From NCBI RefSeq assembly GCF_001194135.2, contig NC_068984.1, positions 43,241,728-43,305,727 on the forward strand: 64,000 nucleotides of DNA, written 5' to 3'. A program made the position numbers and the translations under genes. Source of the DNA: Octopus bimaculoides. Lineage: Eukaryota. The notes under the pieces are model-generated. The model was not told the DNA's origin and searched no databases. It saw only the letters and a program-made list of their open reading frames with translations. Positions 62,820 through 64,000 of this stretch are shown in pieces. Numbering within the stretch: the stretch's first letter is position 1; each line of letters starts with the position of its first letter.

Positions 62820-62985
62820 TCGACCTCGGCGGAATTTTAACTCAGAACGTAAAAATTCCGCTGAGGTCGAGTTTGCCTTTCGTTCTTTCGGAGTTGATAA
62901 AATAAATGCGGAGATCAATGAATCGACTAGCCCGTTCCCCGCAAATTCCAGGCCTTGTGCCTAAAGTAGAAGATATTCTTATTAT
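62820..62985 (+). mobile_element. Rearranged SINE A with 5' inversion forming a hairpin
   Basis: tcgacctcggcggaattt (62820) pairs with aaattccgctgaggtcga (ends 62870), followed by the normal 3' half. Confidence 0.8.
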
Positions 62986-62996
62986 TATCATTATTA

Positions 62997-63215
62997 AAGC
63001 GGCGAACTGGTAAAATCATTAGCGCTTCGGACAAAATGCTTAGCAGTATTTCTTCCGTTTTTATTTTATGTTCTGAATTCAAATACCGCCGAAATTAACT
63101 TTGCCTTTCATCCTTTCAGAATCGATAAAATAACTACCAATCAGGTACTGGACTCGATATTATCAAGTAACCCTCTCCCCTTAGGATAGCTGGCCTTGTA
63201 CCAAAATCTGAAACC
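62997..63215 (+). mobile_element. SINE family A
   Basis: gcggcgaactgg head, core, aaatctgaaaccattatt tail. Confidence 0.88.
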
Positions 63216-63494
63216 ATTATTATCATCATGATCATCATTCATTGAATAATTTCATTCATTTTACCTGTCGGAGATTCTCGATTTGGTCACGTGATTTGTT
63301 AAAAATCGTAGGCTGTTTCTAAGTCGGTCGAGCGACTCGTATGAGCTCCCTTGAAATGATTTCTGAAAGTCATTTAATCTTGTTGGATAGCGATAAAGTA
63401 TATTGCTATTTCAAGATATGTCAACAAAATAGCCATCATACTGGTATGTTAAATGTTGTGTTTCAATGCTGTATTGTACTACAGATTATATATA

Positions 63495-63698
63495 CGAGGG
63501 GGTGCTGAAAAGTTCCGGGCTTTAAAAGTATCTTGAAAGGCCTGGTTAGTGACCCAGCCTTCCGAGTTCTTTTACAGGGCTTAGAAAAACTGAAGGACCG
63601 CTGTAATAAGTCTCAGAGGGGAATACGTTGAATAAAATCATAATTAATTGATCCTCCTGTACTTTCTTTAACCGAAAGTTAGGAACTTTTCAGCACCT

Positions 63699-63703
<5 letters not shown>
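63495..63703 (+). mobile_element. mariner-derived MITE
   Basis: TIR cgagggggtgctgaaaagttcc / ggaacttttcagcacctcctcg; retains the transposase end GLEKLKDRCNK..RGEYVE*. Confidence 0.9.
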
Positions 63704-63747
<44 letters not shown>

Positions 63748-64000
63748 GACACACATAACACACACTTACAAAATTAACTACTACAGGTGTAGAAACATTG
63801 ACTTTAATCTTNNNNNNNNNNTCTTTCCGCTGATAATAAGATATCAACTGCAATAGTTTAAATCTTCTGCTAGGATATCATCAACGGTCGATTCCACCCC
63901 ACCTTTTTTTTTTTTGTTCACGAAGATAGTTTTAATTACAAGATGTTTACAGTGTTGGCTATGGTCTAAAGCAGAATATAGGATTGAAACAAAGATTGTT

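Overview
AT-rich (low-GC), gapped, repeat-saturated eukaryotic DNA. There is no prokaryotic gene structure, rRNA, intact tRNA or CRISPR array. The SINE families match what I recall from octopus (cephalopod) draft genomes; this is an inference, not a search result. The window is mostly transposon debris: about 30 copies of a tRNA-headed SINE with a Deu/Nin-like core (family A), about 9 copies of a CORE-like SINE (family B), and two other tRNA-SINEs. LINE fragments come from the L1/Tx1, CR1/L2/Jockey-group, RTE and R4/Dong clades, and there are Penelope remnants. DNA transposons and MITEs include Tc1, mariner, pogo/Tigger, hAT, Merlin, piggyBac-like, Kolobok-like and Helitron elements. No host protein-coding gene could be identified; only a few low-confidence candidate exons were seen. 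Most ORFs in the supplied track come from N-gaps, microsatellites or TEs. Most notable: (1) a 446-bp foldback element at 41127-41572 with a hammerhead-ribozyme-like motif in each arm, whose (TAA)n tail carries a Dong/R4 retroelement; (2) further hammerhead-like motifs at 4555, 14066/14108 and 36245; (3) two SINE-LINE shared-tail partnerships visible within the window, including an unusual SINE sharing its tail with L1/Tx1; (4) a TTAA-flanked MITE with ~100-bp TIRs enclosing a telomere-like hairpin.
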